Position numbers and translations under genes: made by a program. Shown piece after piece: positions 17,582 to 26,948 of a DNA stretch of 32,000 nucleotides. The stretch covers positions 270,001-302,000 of the forward strand of contig NC_017459.1 of assembly GCF_000237865.1 (NCBI RefSeq), in the 5' to 3' direction. Each line of letters starts with the position of its first letter. The stretch's first letter is position 1. Under the pieces are notes generated by a model that saw only the letters and a program-made list of their open reading frames with translations, was not told where the DNA came from and did no database searches. This stretch comes from Haloquadratum walsbyi C23. Lineage in GTDB: Archaea; Halobacteriota; Halobacteria; Halobacteriales; Haloferacaceae.

Positions 17582-18184
17582 ATGCATATGCCAAGTGTGG
17601 ACTGTGACCCAGGTGAAGCCCGTGAACGACTCACCGAGGCAGGCATCACGGTCATGGCTGGGAATACTGAGTATGAACGCTGGCGCGCTGAACGCGGTGC
17701 GGCGACGGCTGTTGCATATGATGAAACAGTTGTTGTTCAAGGGTCGCGTCCTGATGATCTATTGGGACTCCTACGAGTTGACACCGGTGGTCGGGCACAC
17801 GTGTATTTTGATGGGGCATGTCGAGGGAACCCGGGACCGGCGGCAATTGGATGGGTCCTTGTGACAAATGAGGGTATTATTGCTGATGGTGGTGAGGAGA
17901 TTGGTAAAACAACCAATAATCGAGCGGAGTATGCCGCACTGGAACGTGCAATTGAAATGGCTCGTCAATATGGATTTACTGAGATTGATATCCGTGGAGA
18001 TTCACAGTTAATTATTCGACAGGTGACTGGTGAATACGACACGAACGAACCAACACTACGTGAATATCGTGTTCGTGTCCGTGAATTGCTGCAAACATTC
18101 GATCGCTGGAGCATCGAACATGTTCCTCGCGACGTGAACAGTCATGCTGACAAACTTGCAAATGAGGCGTTTGATAATGGGTAA
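17582..18184 (+). CDS. rnhA: Ribonuclease HI (type 1) with N-terminal extension
   Basis: YFDGACRGNPGPAAIGWV, NNRAEYAALERAIE, IRGDSQLIIRQV, HVPRDVNSHADKLANEA. The start is set to the ATG at 17582 (17588 is also possible). Confidence 0.85.
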   Translation: MHMPSVDCDPGEARERLTEAGITVMAGNTEYERWRAERGAATAVAYDETVVVQGSRPDDLLGLLRVDTGGRAHVYFDGACRGNPGPAAIGWVLVTNEGIIADGGEEIGKTTNNRAEYAALERAIEMARQYGFTEIDIRGDSQLIIRQVTGEYDTNEPTLREYRVRVRELLQTFDRWSIEHVPRDVNSHADKLANEAFDNG

Positions 18185-18794
18185 ACGCGACCACAACCAC
18201 GACCGCGACCACGGTCAACAAGACGATGCAGAAATTACAGATGCAGAGAGTGGCGATGCAGAGAGAACGTCACTTCCACAGTCTGTTATTGATGAGGCTG
18301 AACGACTCACGCGTCTTTGTATCAATACCACCGTTGATGCTGAGATAACGGCGTATCGGAATGAACGGCAGTCCTTGCTTGATGAACACGGGTATGCTGC
18401 ACGAGTCCGCGATGCGGACGACACACTCGTGTTATATCCACAGTCGTGGCTTGTAGATGGTATTGCACAGTTCGATCAGATCGATAATACCGACCGAGCA
18501 GTCGAAATATCACTGTCAGGCCCAGCTATCGGGGCAGATTGGGAGAACGTCGAAACAACCAATAAAACGATTATTGACATGATCCGACAGGAACATGGAA
18601 AAGCACATGCAAGAAATATCCGAGCATTTGCTGATTTTATGGGAAATCATTATCTCAAATCCGTCACTGAAGCAACAAAAGATGAGCGCGAGGAATTTAT
18701 CAACGAATATTACACACGAAACGTTTGGCCTTCAGAGAAAGAAGCAGCAATCGTTTCTGAAAGTATTAGACTGCTCGATACTATTGAGGGGTAG
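18177..18794 (+). CDS. Hypothetical protein overlapping the rnhA stop (resembles the haloarchaeal 'rnhA operon protein')
   Basis: The ATG at 18177 overlaps the rnhA stop (ATGGGTAA). Composition is acidic, with a His/Asp-rich N-terminus (MGKRDHNHDRDHGQQDD). Confidence 0.6.
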   Translation: MGKRDHNHDRDHGQQDDAEITDAESGDAERTSLPQSVIDEAERLTRLCINTTVDAEITAYRNERQSLLDEHGYAARVRDADDTLVLYPQSWLVDGIAQFDQIDNTDRAVEISLSGPAIGADWENVETTNKTIIDMIRQEHGKAHARNIRAFADFMGNHYLKSVTEATKDEREEFINEYYTRNVWPSEKEAAIVSESIRLLDTIEG

Positions 18795-18820
18795 GTGCCC
18801 GAAGCCTACCATAGATTGCG

Positions 18821-18856
18821 TTTGTCTTTGTGTTTGTCTATGTCTATGTCTATCGG
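18821..18856. repeat. Hexamer-periodic T/G-rich tract (TTTGTC TTTGTG TTTGTC TATGTC TATGTC TATCGG)
   Basis: Read directly. It lies 27 nt after the plus-strand stop at 18794 and just beyond the padR-like stop. Confidence 0.7.
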
Positions 18857-18862
18857 ATAGAC

Positions 18863-19222
18863 TTACAGCTCTTCTTCGACAAGATCAAGAAGTCTATTTG
18901 CCCGAGACTCATCTGTAACAAACTTTGAGAAGACCCATCCAAGACGGTCAAGAACGGCGTCATATCCCTCATCCGTGAGTTCGTACTGATTTGTCCGTTT
19001 GTCAAGCTCACTTTTTGTGACAAGACCAGACTCAACAAGATCATCAAGATTGGGATATAGTCGTCCATGATTCACTTCAGTCCCATAGTACGATTCAAGA
19101 TCTCGTTTAATCGCAAGCCCATACATTGGTTCTTCTGAAAGAATAACCAAGATATTTTGTTGGAACGCCGTCAAGTCGCGTACAGATGAGGAACCATCTG
19201 TAATTGATTGTGCCTCTGACAT
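18863..19222 (-). CDS. PadR-family winged-helix transcriptional regulator
   Basis: ILVILSEEPMYGLAIKRDLESYYGTEVNHGRLYPNLDDLVESGLV. Start moved to the ATG at 19222 (MSEAQS). Confidence 0.75.
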   Translation of the reverse strand: MSEAQSITDGSSSVRDLTAFQQNILVILSEEPMYGLAIKRDLESYYGTEVNHGRLYPNLDDLVESGLVTKSELDKRTNQYELTDEGYDAVLDRLGWVFSKFVTDESRANRLLDLVEEEL

Positions 19223-19335
19223 ACAGATGTACGAAGTAGTGTAAGCATTTAATCTTTTATACATTCATATTATCAGGAAATATAAATACTCAGGTTGAAC
19301 AAAACAAAAACGGTCCGTAGAGTGGATGCGAAAGG

Positions 19336-19344
19336 ATTTTTTAC
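19336..19344 (+). promoter_or_regulatory. TATA-like box (ATTTTTTAC) about 26 nt upstream of the ppa ATG; implies a leaderless mRNA
   Basis: Position and AT content only. Confidence 0.35.
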
Positions 19345-19365
19345 CTAATCAATAACGTCACTAGT

Positions 19366-19899
19366 ATGTCGAATCTTTGGACAGACCTGGAGACAGGACC
19401 GGATGCCCCCGATGTTGTCTATGCTGTTATTGAATGTTTGAAAGGTGAACGAAATAAATACGAATATGATAAAGACGTCCCGGGTGTTGTGCTTGACCGG
19501 GTGTTGCACTCAAATGTCCATTATCCCTCAGATTATGGATTCCTTCCACAGACATACTATGATGATGAAGACCCCTTCGATATCATGGTGCTTGTTGAAG
19601 ATCAAACATTCCCTGGCTGTATTATTGAGGCACGTCCAGTGGCGCTGATGCGGATGGACGACGATGGTGAAAAGGATGACAAAGTCATTGCGGTCCCTGA
19701 TGAGGACCCACGATATGATCATGTTGAAGATCTTGATGACCTTACCGACCAAACAACGGCTGAAATTGCTGAGTTCTTTGAAACATACAAGAATCTTGAA
19801 ACAGGCAAACAGACTGAAACACTTGGATGGGAAGGCGCCGACGCAGCAACCGATGCGATTGAGCATGCCATGGAACTGTATGAAGAACAGATTGACTGA
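19366..19899 (+). CDS. ppa: Inorganic pyrophosphatase
   Basis: ECLKGERNKYEYDKD, YPSDYGFLPQTYYDDEDPFDIMVLV, DDKVIAVP motifs. Confidence 0.92.
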   Translation: MSNLWTDLETGPDAPDVVYAVIECLKGERNKYEYDKDVPGVVLDRVLHSNVHYPSDYGFLPQTYYDDEDPFDIMVLVEDQTFPGCIIEARPVALMRMDDDGEKDDKVIAVPDEDPRYDHVEDLDDLTDQTTAEIAEFFETYKNLETGKQTETLGWEGADAATDAIEHAMELYEEQID

Positions 19900-20013
19900 G
19901 TGATACTAGCCAGCAGACACCCCTAATGATTGAATAAACATGTGAGTAATATATGATAGGGTTGATATGCGATATGCGCATGAGTAATTTTTTGTCTACT
20001 GGTCCGGTAATAT

Positions 20014-20166
20014 ATGATGATGAGTGCTGAGAAACCTGACTTCGGCGTTGCACATCCCACCGTTATTCCTGGAAGCTATCAAGGATTAGATATAGTTGAT
20101 GCTGACTCAGATGTTAATGAAGACATTGATAACCGAACATCTGAGTTGGAAATGCTGACTCAATAA
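20014..20166 (+). CDS. Candidate small acidic protein (50 aa), below the ORF-track cutoff
   Basis: MMMSAEKPDFGVAHPTVIPGSYQGLDIVDADSDVNEDIDNRTSELEMLTQ. A TAATTTTTT box at 19985-19993 is centred about 25 nt upstream of the ATG. Confidence 0.3.
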   Translation: MMMSAEKPDFGVAHPTVIPGSYQGLDIVDADSDVNEDIDNRTSELEMLTQ

Positions 20167-20402
20167 TTACATTTTGCTATTATATCAATTATTTGACCAC
20201 TTAATTGAACAACAGGTGATGATTCGGATATGAGTCGTTGGCAATATAGTCACTAATTATATCCGGAGCCACAATTACGTATGTTGGAATTATATTTTAT
20301 TTGTCTTATTTCGAATAACGAAATCACAGTACCAACAATTGATATCCGGGTTTAATCTGCCAAGGGGAACCGCTTTTACTTCCGCCCCGAGTATATTTGA
20401 TA

Positions 20403-21323
20403 ATGGCTACCTGCGACGAGTGCGGGAAGCATGAGAACCTCCCGTATCAGTGCCAACGATGCGGAAGCACGTTCTGTGCGGAACATCGGCTCCCCGAGAA
20501 TCATGACTGCCCAGGGCTTAATGGCTGGGATGATCCTGCCGGCGTCTTTGACAGCGGATTCGATGATTCAGTGAATAATCCTGGTGGACAATCAGCTTCG
20601 AGTAAATTATCCAGCAAGCTTGCTGATATCGGCGGTCCACTTGGGTACTTCCGCAAGAATATGAGCTACGTGTTCCTTGGGATAATGTGGATTACATTCG
20701 GACTTCAGTTTTTTATCCTTCCATTATTGGGAGCATTCCCTGGTAGCTCACTTTGGCAAGCTATCTTTGTGCTCTCCCCGGATCACGTTGGATACATCTG
20801 GACATGGCTCACCTCGATTTTCGCACATGGTGGATTCGCGCATATTGCGTTCAATAGTATTGCGTTGTACTTTTTCGGACCGGTTGTTGAACGGTATCTT
20901 GACACAAAGCGATTCACTGCACTATTCATTGGTGCTGGAGTCATTGCAGGGCTTGCACAGATTGCATCAACGCTGCTTACAATGGGTCCAACAGGCGCAG
21001 GGGTCGTTGGTGCGTCTGGAGCGATTATGGGCGTTCTTGGAGTATTGACCGTATTAAACCCGAAATTAAAAGTGTATTTGTATTTCATTATTCCAATGCC
21101 ACTGTGGGTTTTGACATTTGGGTTTGCAGCCTTCAGTATTGTTGCTGGATTTGGTGCTGCAGGCGGTGGGATCATTGGTGGAAATGTTGCTCACCTCGCA
21201 CATCTTGCTGGGCTCGTGATTGGATTAGCATATGGGGTTCGTGTCCGTGACCGAGTTGGTGTTCCGAATTCATTACAACTTGGCGGTGGCGGTCGGGGTG
21301 GCGGTCCTGGTCGACGATTCTGA
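20403..21323 (+). CDS. Rhomboid-family intramembrane serine protease with N-terminal AN1-type zinc finger
   Basis: CDECG...YQCQRCGSTFCAEHRLPENHDC (AN1 finger); HGGFAHIAFN, GASGAIMGVLG (GxSG) and AHLAHLAGL (catalytic His). Confidence 0.85.
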   Translation: MATCDECGKHENLPYQCQRCGSTFCAEHRLPENHDCPGLNGWDDPAGVFDSGFDDSVNNPGGQSASSKLSSKLADIGGPLGYFRKNMSYVFLGIMWITFGLQFFILPLLGAFPGSSLWQAIFVLSPDHVGYIWTWLTSIFAHGGFAHIAFNSIALYFFGPVVERYLDTKRFTALFIGAGVIAGLAQIASTLLTMGPTGAGVVGASGAIMGVLGVLTVLNPKLKVYLYFIIPMPLWVLTFGFAAFSIVAGFGAAGGGIIGGNVAHLAHLAGLVIGLAYGVRVRDRVGVPNSLQLGGGGRGGGPGRRF

Positions 21324-21336
21324 TTTTGTGAATACC

Positions 21337-22182
21337 ATGCAGCCAACAGATTCAAAACGCATTCCCGACCCAGAGATGAGCCAAGATGAAATGAAAGCTC
21401 TCCAGCGACAAATCGCTGATGCTGCATGTTGGCAGGATACATTGAGCGTGAATCCTGAGATGATCCGATGGGAACCCACCGAGACGACAAAAGATACAAC
21501 ACAGAAAACAATCGACTCATCGACCTCAACGACTGATATACCCAATCAAGGCGCAGATGAGACACAACCGCTTGTTGCTGGGGTTGACCAGGCATTCCGC
21601 ACAGAGCAATCAGAGGTTATCAGTGCAATTGTCCTCACTCGAGGAGCGACTGTTGTTGACCGTGTCGTAGCGGTAACTGATCTTTCAATTCCATATATTC
21701 CTGGGTTACTTTCCTTTCGTGAGGGAGGACCCATTCTTGCTGCATTTGAAGAGATATCACAAAAACCGGATATTACCATGTTTGATGGAAGTGGTCGGAT
21801 GCATTACCGGCAGGCAGGACTTGCAACGCATATTGGGGTCGTACTTGATATCCCAACCATTGGTGTTGCTAAAAGCCTCCTGTGTGGGACGCCAGAGTCA
21901 GACACAGCACAACGACCTGCAGGATGGCAGACACAAATCAATGCTGATGAGACGGTTGAAGATGCCGATACAGAGACTGTCATTGGGCATGCATTACAGA
22001 CACGACAATATGACTCGCGAAAAATCATTAATCCTGTCTACGTCAGCCCTGGTCACCGTGTTTCAGCTACAACGGCAGTCAAGATTACTCAAGCACTCTG
22101 TGATGGATATAAACTCCCTGAGCCAACCCGTCGAGCAGATGCATATGCTGACGAAATCAAACGTGAGTACTCTGATAATTGA
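21337..22182 (+). CDS. nfi: Endonuclease V
   Basis: VAGVDQAF, IPYIPGLLSFREGGPILAAF, FDGSGRMHYRQAGLATHIGVVLDIPTIGVAKS. The ATG at 21337 is 13 nt after the rhomboid stop. Confidence 0.85.
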   Translation: MQPTDSKRIPDPEMSQDEMKALQRQIADAACWQDTLSVNPEMIRWEPTETTKDTTQKTIDSSTSTTDIPNQGADETQPLVAGVDQAFRTEQSEVISAIVLTRGATVVDRVVAVTDLSIPYIPGLLSFREGGPILAAFEEISQKPDITMFDGSGRMHYRQAGLATHIGVVLDIPTIGVAKSLLCGTPESDTAQRPAGWQTQINADETVEDADTETVIGHALQTRQYDSRKIINPVYVSPGHRVSATTAVKITQALCDGYKLPEPTRRADAYADEIKREYSDN

Positions 22183-22228
22183 CCACTCACGCAATAATAA
22201 TATCAAGTCACTTTTGATCTTAGTTGGT

Positions 22229-22264
22229 CTTTGTTTTTGTTTTTGTTTTCGTTCTCGTTTTCAT
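22229..22264. repeat. Hexamer-periodic T-rich tract (CTTTGT TTTTGT TTTTGT TTTCGT TCTCGT TTTCAT)
   Basis: Read directly. It starts 47 nt after the nfi stop and is probably a terminator-type tract. Confidence 0.7.
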
Positions 22265-22430
22265 TATTCAGTAAGTAAGCTGGGTATACTCAATTACAGT
22301 TGACCTACCAGGCAATCATTACATGAAATGGTGGTATGACAAATTAGTATACATCAACCAATCGAAACAGTCTTGAGTTATTCACGAGCAAATCGCGTAC
22401 AATTAACATCTCGAATATCTATCCATCTAT

Positions 22431-23288
22431 ATGCAGCAGACAGTTCTTATCACCGGGTGTTCGTCTGGAATTGGGCGAGCAGCAGCACATATGTTTCTTG
22501 AGGCAGACTGGCGTGTCTACGCAACAGCTCGAAATCCTGCTGATATTGAGACGCTTGGTGAACGCGGATGTCAGATTGCAACGCTTGATGTCACTGATGG
22601 TGATGATATTGACCGTGTTGTTGATCGAATTGAAGATGAATCTGGGTCTGTCTCATGTCTGGTGAATAACGCTGGATTTGGACAGTTTGGCGCAATTGAA
22701 GATATCCCGACAGCACAGGTACATCGACAATTTGATGTCAATTTATATGGACCTCATCGACTCATTAGAGCGGTGCTTCCGAAGATGCGTGAGAATGAAG
22801 CAGGGACAATCATCAATATCTCTAGTGTTGCTGGGCAGGTTTCATTCCCAACCGGTGGAGTTTATGCCGGGTCAAAAGCCGCTTTGGAAGCAATGAGTGA
22901 TGCCCTCCGGAATGAGGTTGCGCCATACGATATTGACGTTGTCATTATCGAGCCTGGACCGGTTGAAACGGCGTTTCCTGACCGAGCTGCTCGTGAATTC
23001 CAAGATGAAACAAAGGAGAATAGCATAGCGGATGACACTCAACAGATTGAGCGCTCTGGTGCGTATGAATCATTATATGAACTACTCACCGATACTAAGC
23101 TCGTCGGCGGTGGAGGATTTGGTGCTGTATCAGCCGAGCGTGTTGCTGAGGATATTCTTGATGCCGCATCATCAACAAGTCCACAGCCGCGATATCAAAC
23201 GGGAGCCACAGCCCGAGTTGGTGTCCTCGCCCGGTTTGTTCCATCAACATGGCGAGATACACTCTATCAGAAGCTTCAATCGCTATGA
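22431..23288 (+). CDS. Short-chain dehydrogenase/reductase (SDR)
   Basis: TGCSSGIGRAAA, NNAG, and SSVAG...YAGSKAALE catalytic motifs. Confidence 0.88.
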   Translation: MQQTVLITGCSSGIGRAAAHMFLEADWRVYATARNPADIETLGERGCQIATLDVTDGDDIDRVVDRIEDESGSVSCLVNNAGFGQFGAIEDIPTAQVHRQFDVNLYGPHRLIRAVLPKMRENEAGTIINISSVAGQVSFPTGGVYAGSKAALEAMSDALRNEVAPYDIDVVIIEPGPVETAFPDRAAREFQDETKENSIADDTQQIERSGAYESLYELLTDTKLVGGGGFGAVSAERVAEDILDAASSTSPQPRYQTGATARVGVLARFVPSTWRDTLYQKLQSL

Positions 23289-23466
23289 ATACACAGTCCG
23301 GTTGGGGTTCCCAAGCGATATAATCGTGATTTGATGATATACCTGACGCCCCTGGGTAGAATTCCTCGCGATGATCGCCAAATCAAGAAGAATCATATGT
23401 CTTAGTGTAGTGAAATACTATGTGTTTTTCTGCGGGGCGATTGCCAGATTCAGCTTGAACCAGTAA

Positions 23467-24732
23467 TTAATTGAGACATGCAGCAACGACGCGAAGGGCA
23501 TTCCAGCCACGAACTTCTTCAGCAAGTAATGGTACCCGCTTGACATCCCGTCCACGAAAAAGATCGGTCGCACGCTGGATTGCTGTCTGTTGAACATTCC
23601 ATCGTCGTTGGCAGAACGCACAGTCCGATGGATTCGGTGAGACAACCCACTCTGAATCAACGTCCGCATTAATTTCAGTGACATCAACGAGATCCTCCAT
23701 CACTCGATTAACAATAAGCGTTTGAACAGGAATCTCATATCCTTCTAGTCGGGTAATAAGTCGCTCGGACTCGACGACACTCATCTCCTCGGGGATCATT
23801 ACCACCCGAAAGTCGGTTCGTGTCGGATCTCGCAAGACTGATCGAAGCCGCTCAATCCGCTCACGAAGTTCATCTAAGTCAACCTCTGATTGAGCATTGG
23901 TCTCATCACCAAACCCAAACATCCCTTTGACGCTTCCCATCATGCCTGAAAATTGCTGTCGAAGCGACGCAATGCGTCCAAGCATCGTATCCATCAACTC
24001 TGGAAGTTCGAGTAATCGAAGTGTATGTCCAGTTGGTGCGGTATCGACGATAACGCGGTCGAATCGAGGGTCATCCAAATATTCGAGTAGTTGTTGCATT
24101 GCTGCTGCTTCATCCGCGCCAGGCATTGCTCCCGCGCCGCTAGCTGGACCCATGAGCCCTCCAAGCATATCATCCATTTCATCGAGATTACCAAATGGCA
24201 TTCCAGTCTCCGCATCTGGGTCGCCACCAATCCCGGTCTCAAAACCAGATTCTGGTTCACCAAATCCCGCTGAGGCGTCTTCATTTCCGCCGATATTATC
24301 AGATATATTATCTCCCTCTCCCTCTTCCCCGGCGAATGGACCAGCAGCAACCGAATCGGGATCAATCTCAGCCGCATATAATGGTATATCATCCCGAATA
24401 CGAGCTGGTTCGGGTGGGATATCAGTATCAAATGTATCGGACAGTGAGTGCGCTGGATCCGTTGAGACAACGAGGGTATCGGTCCCAGCGGTTGCAGAGG
24501 CTACTGCAGTTGCTGCGGCCATTGTTGTTTTTCCAACACCACCCTTTCCGCCGTACAGAACGTATTCAGGGGCATCAACGCTTTCTGGAAGTGTTGTTGC
24601 ATCATCAACAATCTCAACATCAACTGCGTGGTCATGATTCGACTCGGTTGTATCATCTGCAGTCGAGTCATCCTCGACCGCATCAACTGCATCAACATCG
24701 ATACTCGACATATGAAGGGCGACGAGACCCAT
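23467..24732 (-). CDS. ArsA/Get3-type P-loop ATPase (single ATPase domain)
   Basis: GGKGGVGKTT, STDPAHSLSD, DTAPTGHTLRLLELP, a Met/Gly-rich insert, and a C-terminal CAFC (CxxC). There is an alternative ATG at 24711. Confidence 0.85.
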   Translation of the reverse strand: MGLVALHMSSIDVDAVDAVEDDSTADDTTESNHDHAVDVEIVDDATTLPESVDAPEYVLYGGKGGVGKTTMAAATAVASATAGTDTLVVSTDPAHSLSDTFDTDIPPEPARIRDDIPLYAAEIDPDSVAAGPFAGEEGEGDNISDNIGGNEDASAGFGEPESGFETGIGGDPDAETGMPFGNLDEMDDMLGGLMGPASGAGAMPGADEAAAMQQLLEYLDDPRFDRVIVDTAPTGHTLRLLELPELMDTMLGRIASLRQQFSGMMGSVKGMFGFGDETNAQSEVDLDELRERIERLRSVLRDPTRTDFRVVMIPEEMSVVESERLITRLEGYEIPVQTLIVNRVMEDLVDVTEINADVDSEWVVSPNPSDCAFCQRRWNVQQTAIQRATDLFRGRDVKRVPLLAEEVRGWNALRVVAACLN

Positions 24733-24809
24733 GTTTGTGTACTTCTCGGTCGGCGTGACGGAACATCAGATATCAATTACAACAGGACAACTGAACACAT
24801 AATCTCACA

Positions 24810-25952
24810 TTAATTATCTTGGAAGAACGTCATAAGACGGTCGCCAGCAATTGAAACTCGATCAGTACATAATGAAAATCGAATCCAATCATCGTATGCA
24901 TTACCAAATGCCTCGCCAGGCATGCCCGCAACGCCTGCTTCATCAATCAAGTACTCAACATTCTCCAGTGTACCGGGCAAATCATCAAATCGCGCCATGA
25001 CATAGAACGCACCTTCGGGCTCTGTATACGCAGCCCCAATCGTTTCAAGTGCGTTCGTAAAAGTATCAATGCGCTCGCGGATGGTGTTGCGAACAGACGC
25101 ATAATATGATGGCGGTGTTTTCTCAAGTGCATCACTCACAGCCCGTTGAGCTGGGCGACTTCCAGAAACAGTGACAAGCATATGCCGGGTCTGTGCGGCA
25201 TCAACAAGCGCTGGGGGAAAGACTGCATATCCAACCCGAAAGCCCGTAATTGCCATTGATTTTGAAAATGCAGATGTGACGATGATTCGGTCGGTATATG
25301 ATGACAATGTGAGTGCACTCTCAAAATCACCGGTAAAATCAAAGTGATCATACACTTCATCGACAATGACAAGCGCATCAATATCAGCAGCAATAGCCGC
25401 GACGTCATTGAGGGCTGCCCGATTATAGACGGCACCAGTTGGATTATTTGGTGTATTCAATACAATTGCGACAGTATCAGTTGATGCGGCGTCTTGGATT
25501 GCATCGATATTGAGATGACCATCGTCATGAACAGGCACATGTGTTGCTGTCGCATCAAGCAGTGACGCCTTTCCTGGATAATACGGATATACCGGGTCTG
25601 TTAACAGAAATTCCGGAGTATTGACATCCGAACACTCCACTGCTTGAGCCATCGCAAGATAATTTGCTTCGCCAGCCCCATGAGTGATGATGATATTGTC
25701 AGAGTCAATATTCCGACGGGCGCCAATCTGCTCTCGAAGGTCGGTAAGTCCCTCACTCGGTCCGTACTGAAAATCCGCTGCGTCTGCGTCGGCATACTCA
25801 TGAAGTCCATCGCGAAGCGCGTCTGGGGGCTCCCAATCAGGATTCCCTGAGACCATATCAACGATATCGCGATCAGCATTGCTCGCATACTGCATCACTT
25901 GGAAGAAAAGTGGTTCATCATATTCATTCATACCCTGGTCTGTCTTACTCAT
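24810..25952 (-). CDS. Pyridoxal-phosphate-dependent aminotransferase, class I/II
   Basis: NTPNNPTG, the SAFSKSMAITGFRVGY lysine motif, and RFS near the C-terminus. The start is ambiguous (GTG 25979, ATG 25952 or ATG 25931). Confidence 0.85.
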   Translation of the reverse strand: MSKTDQGMNEYDEPLFFQVMQYASNADRDIVDMVSGNPDWEPPDALRDGLHEYADADAADFQYGPSEGLTDLREQIGARRNIDSDNIIITHGAGEANYLAMAQAVECSDVNTPEFLLTDPVYPYYPGKASLLDATATHVPVHDDGHLNIDAIQDAASTDTVAIVLNTPNNPTGAVYNRAALNDVAAIAADIDALVIVDEVYDHFDFTGDFESALTLSSYTDRIIVTSAFSKSMAITGFRVGYAVFPPALVDAAQTRHMLVTVSGSRPAQRAVSDALEKTPPSYYASVRNTIRERIDTFTNALETIGAAYTEPEGAFYVMARFDDLPGTLENVEYLIDEAGVAGMPGEAFGNAYDDWIRFSLCTDRVSIAGDRLMTFFQDN

Positions 25953-26250
25953 ATCTGCATCTGCATGGGAGTTTGTCACGGAATCTGAATTAATTGCCGT
26001 CTTGTATCTACGTAGACTCGATTTTGACCGGAAGATTTCTTATTGAGCATCAGTCTTTCTTCTCGCCCATTCGCGATCTGACTTCGAGCTTATACCAATT
26101 GATACCGTAAAGACCGCACTCCTTGTCAATATCATCGCGGTATCGCAAGAGTCTGCCGTGGAGATGAAAAACCCAGTATAAATGGGGGCTTCGCCAACTT
26201 GCGGTAATCCATCATGAGTATTTTGAGTGCCCTCTCCGTATCTGAATGCA

Positions 26251-26769
26251 ATGCACGATTTTGCTACTGACCCACCAATTGAGGCTCGCGTCGGTGAGAT
26301 ACTTGAAAAAGCGGACGCAACAGTCGCTGTTGCGGAATCTTGCACTGGTGGACTGATTGGGTCATTGCTCACAGACATTCCAGGTGCGTCTGCGTACTTT
26401 GATCGATCTGTTGTCACTTATTCATATGACGCAAAACTGACTGCACTTGGTGTCTCTCGAGAAGCGCTTGATGATCATGGTGCAGTATCGAAGTCTGTTG
26501 CGAGTGAGATGGCTGCTGGTGTCCGTGATACTGCAGATGTTGATTGGGGTGTCGCGACAACGGGGATTGCTGGACCAACAGGTGGGACAGATGCTGAGCC
26601 GATTGGTGCTGCGTACATTGGCGTTGCATATCAGGGTGATTGGGGAAGCAATGAGTCATACCGAACTGTCGAACGGACTGTCTTCGATGGTCAAAGAACA
26701 GCGATTAAAGAGCAAATCGCTCGGCGAGCACTTGAGTTACTATGTGAGTCTGTTCAAGAACAACCCTGA
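26251..26769 (+). CDS. CinA C-terminal domain protein / nicotinamide-nucleotide amidohydrolase (PncC-like)
   Basis: VAVAESCTGGLIGSLLTDIPGAS, YSYDAK, HGAVS, VATTGIAGPTGG. Confidence 0.85.
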   Translation: MHDFATDPPIEARVGEILEKADATVAVAESCTGGLIGSLLTDIPGASAYFDRSVVTYSYDAKLTALGVSREALDDHGAVSKSVASEMAAGVRDTADVDWGVATTGIAGPTGGTDAEPIGAAYIGVAYQGDWGSNESYRTVERTVFDGQRTAIKEQIARRALELLCESVQEQP

Positions 26770-26948
26770 CCGTCTGAACGTTCAAGACACGTTCCAAGAT
26801 CAAGAACTCAAAAAATCGTCTGTACATCGATTCAATACTACTGTTGGTGACTTCCAGATAATACAACCCGATACCCGATCATGAGAGTTGACCTGAAGGA
26901 GGTTAGCATCCAGAAGACTGGTAGGAATAGCCTGCAGATGGATAATCG

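Noticed and set aside
12020-24732. An arsenic-resistance system made of the ACR3-like transporter plus ArsA.
   Set aside because: The genes are 10 kb apart with unrelated genes between them. No arsR, arsC or arsD was seen, and the ArsA homologue looks Get3-like.
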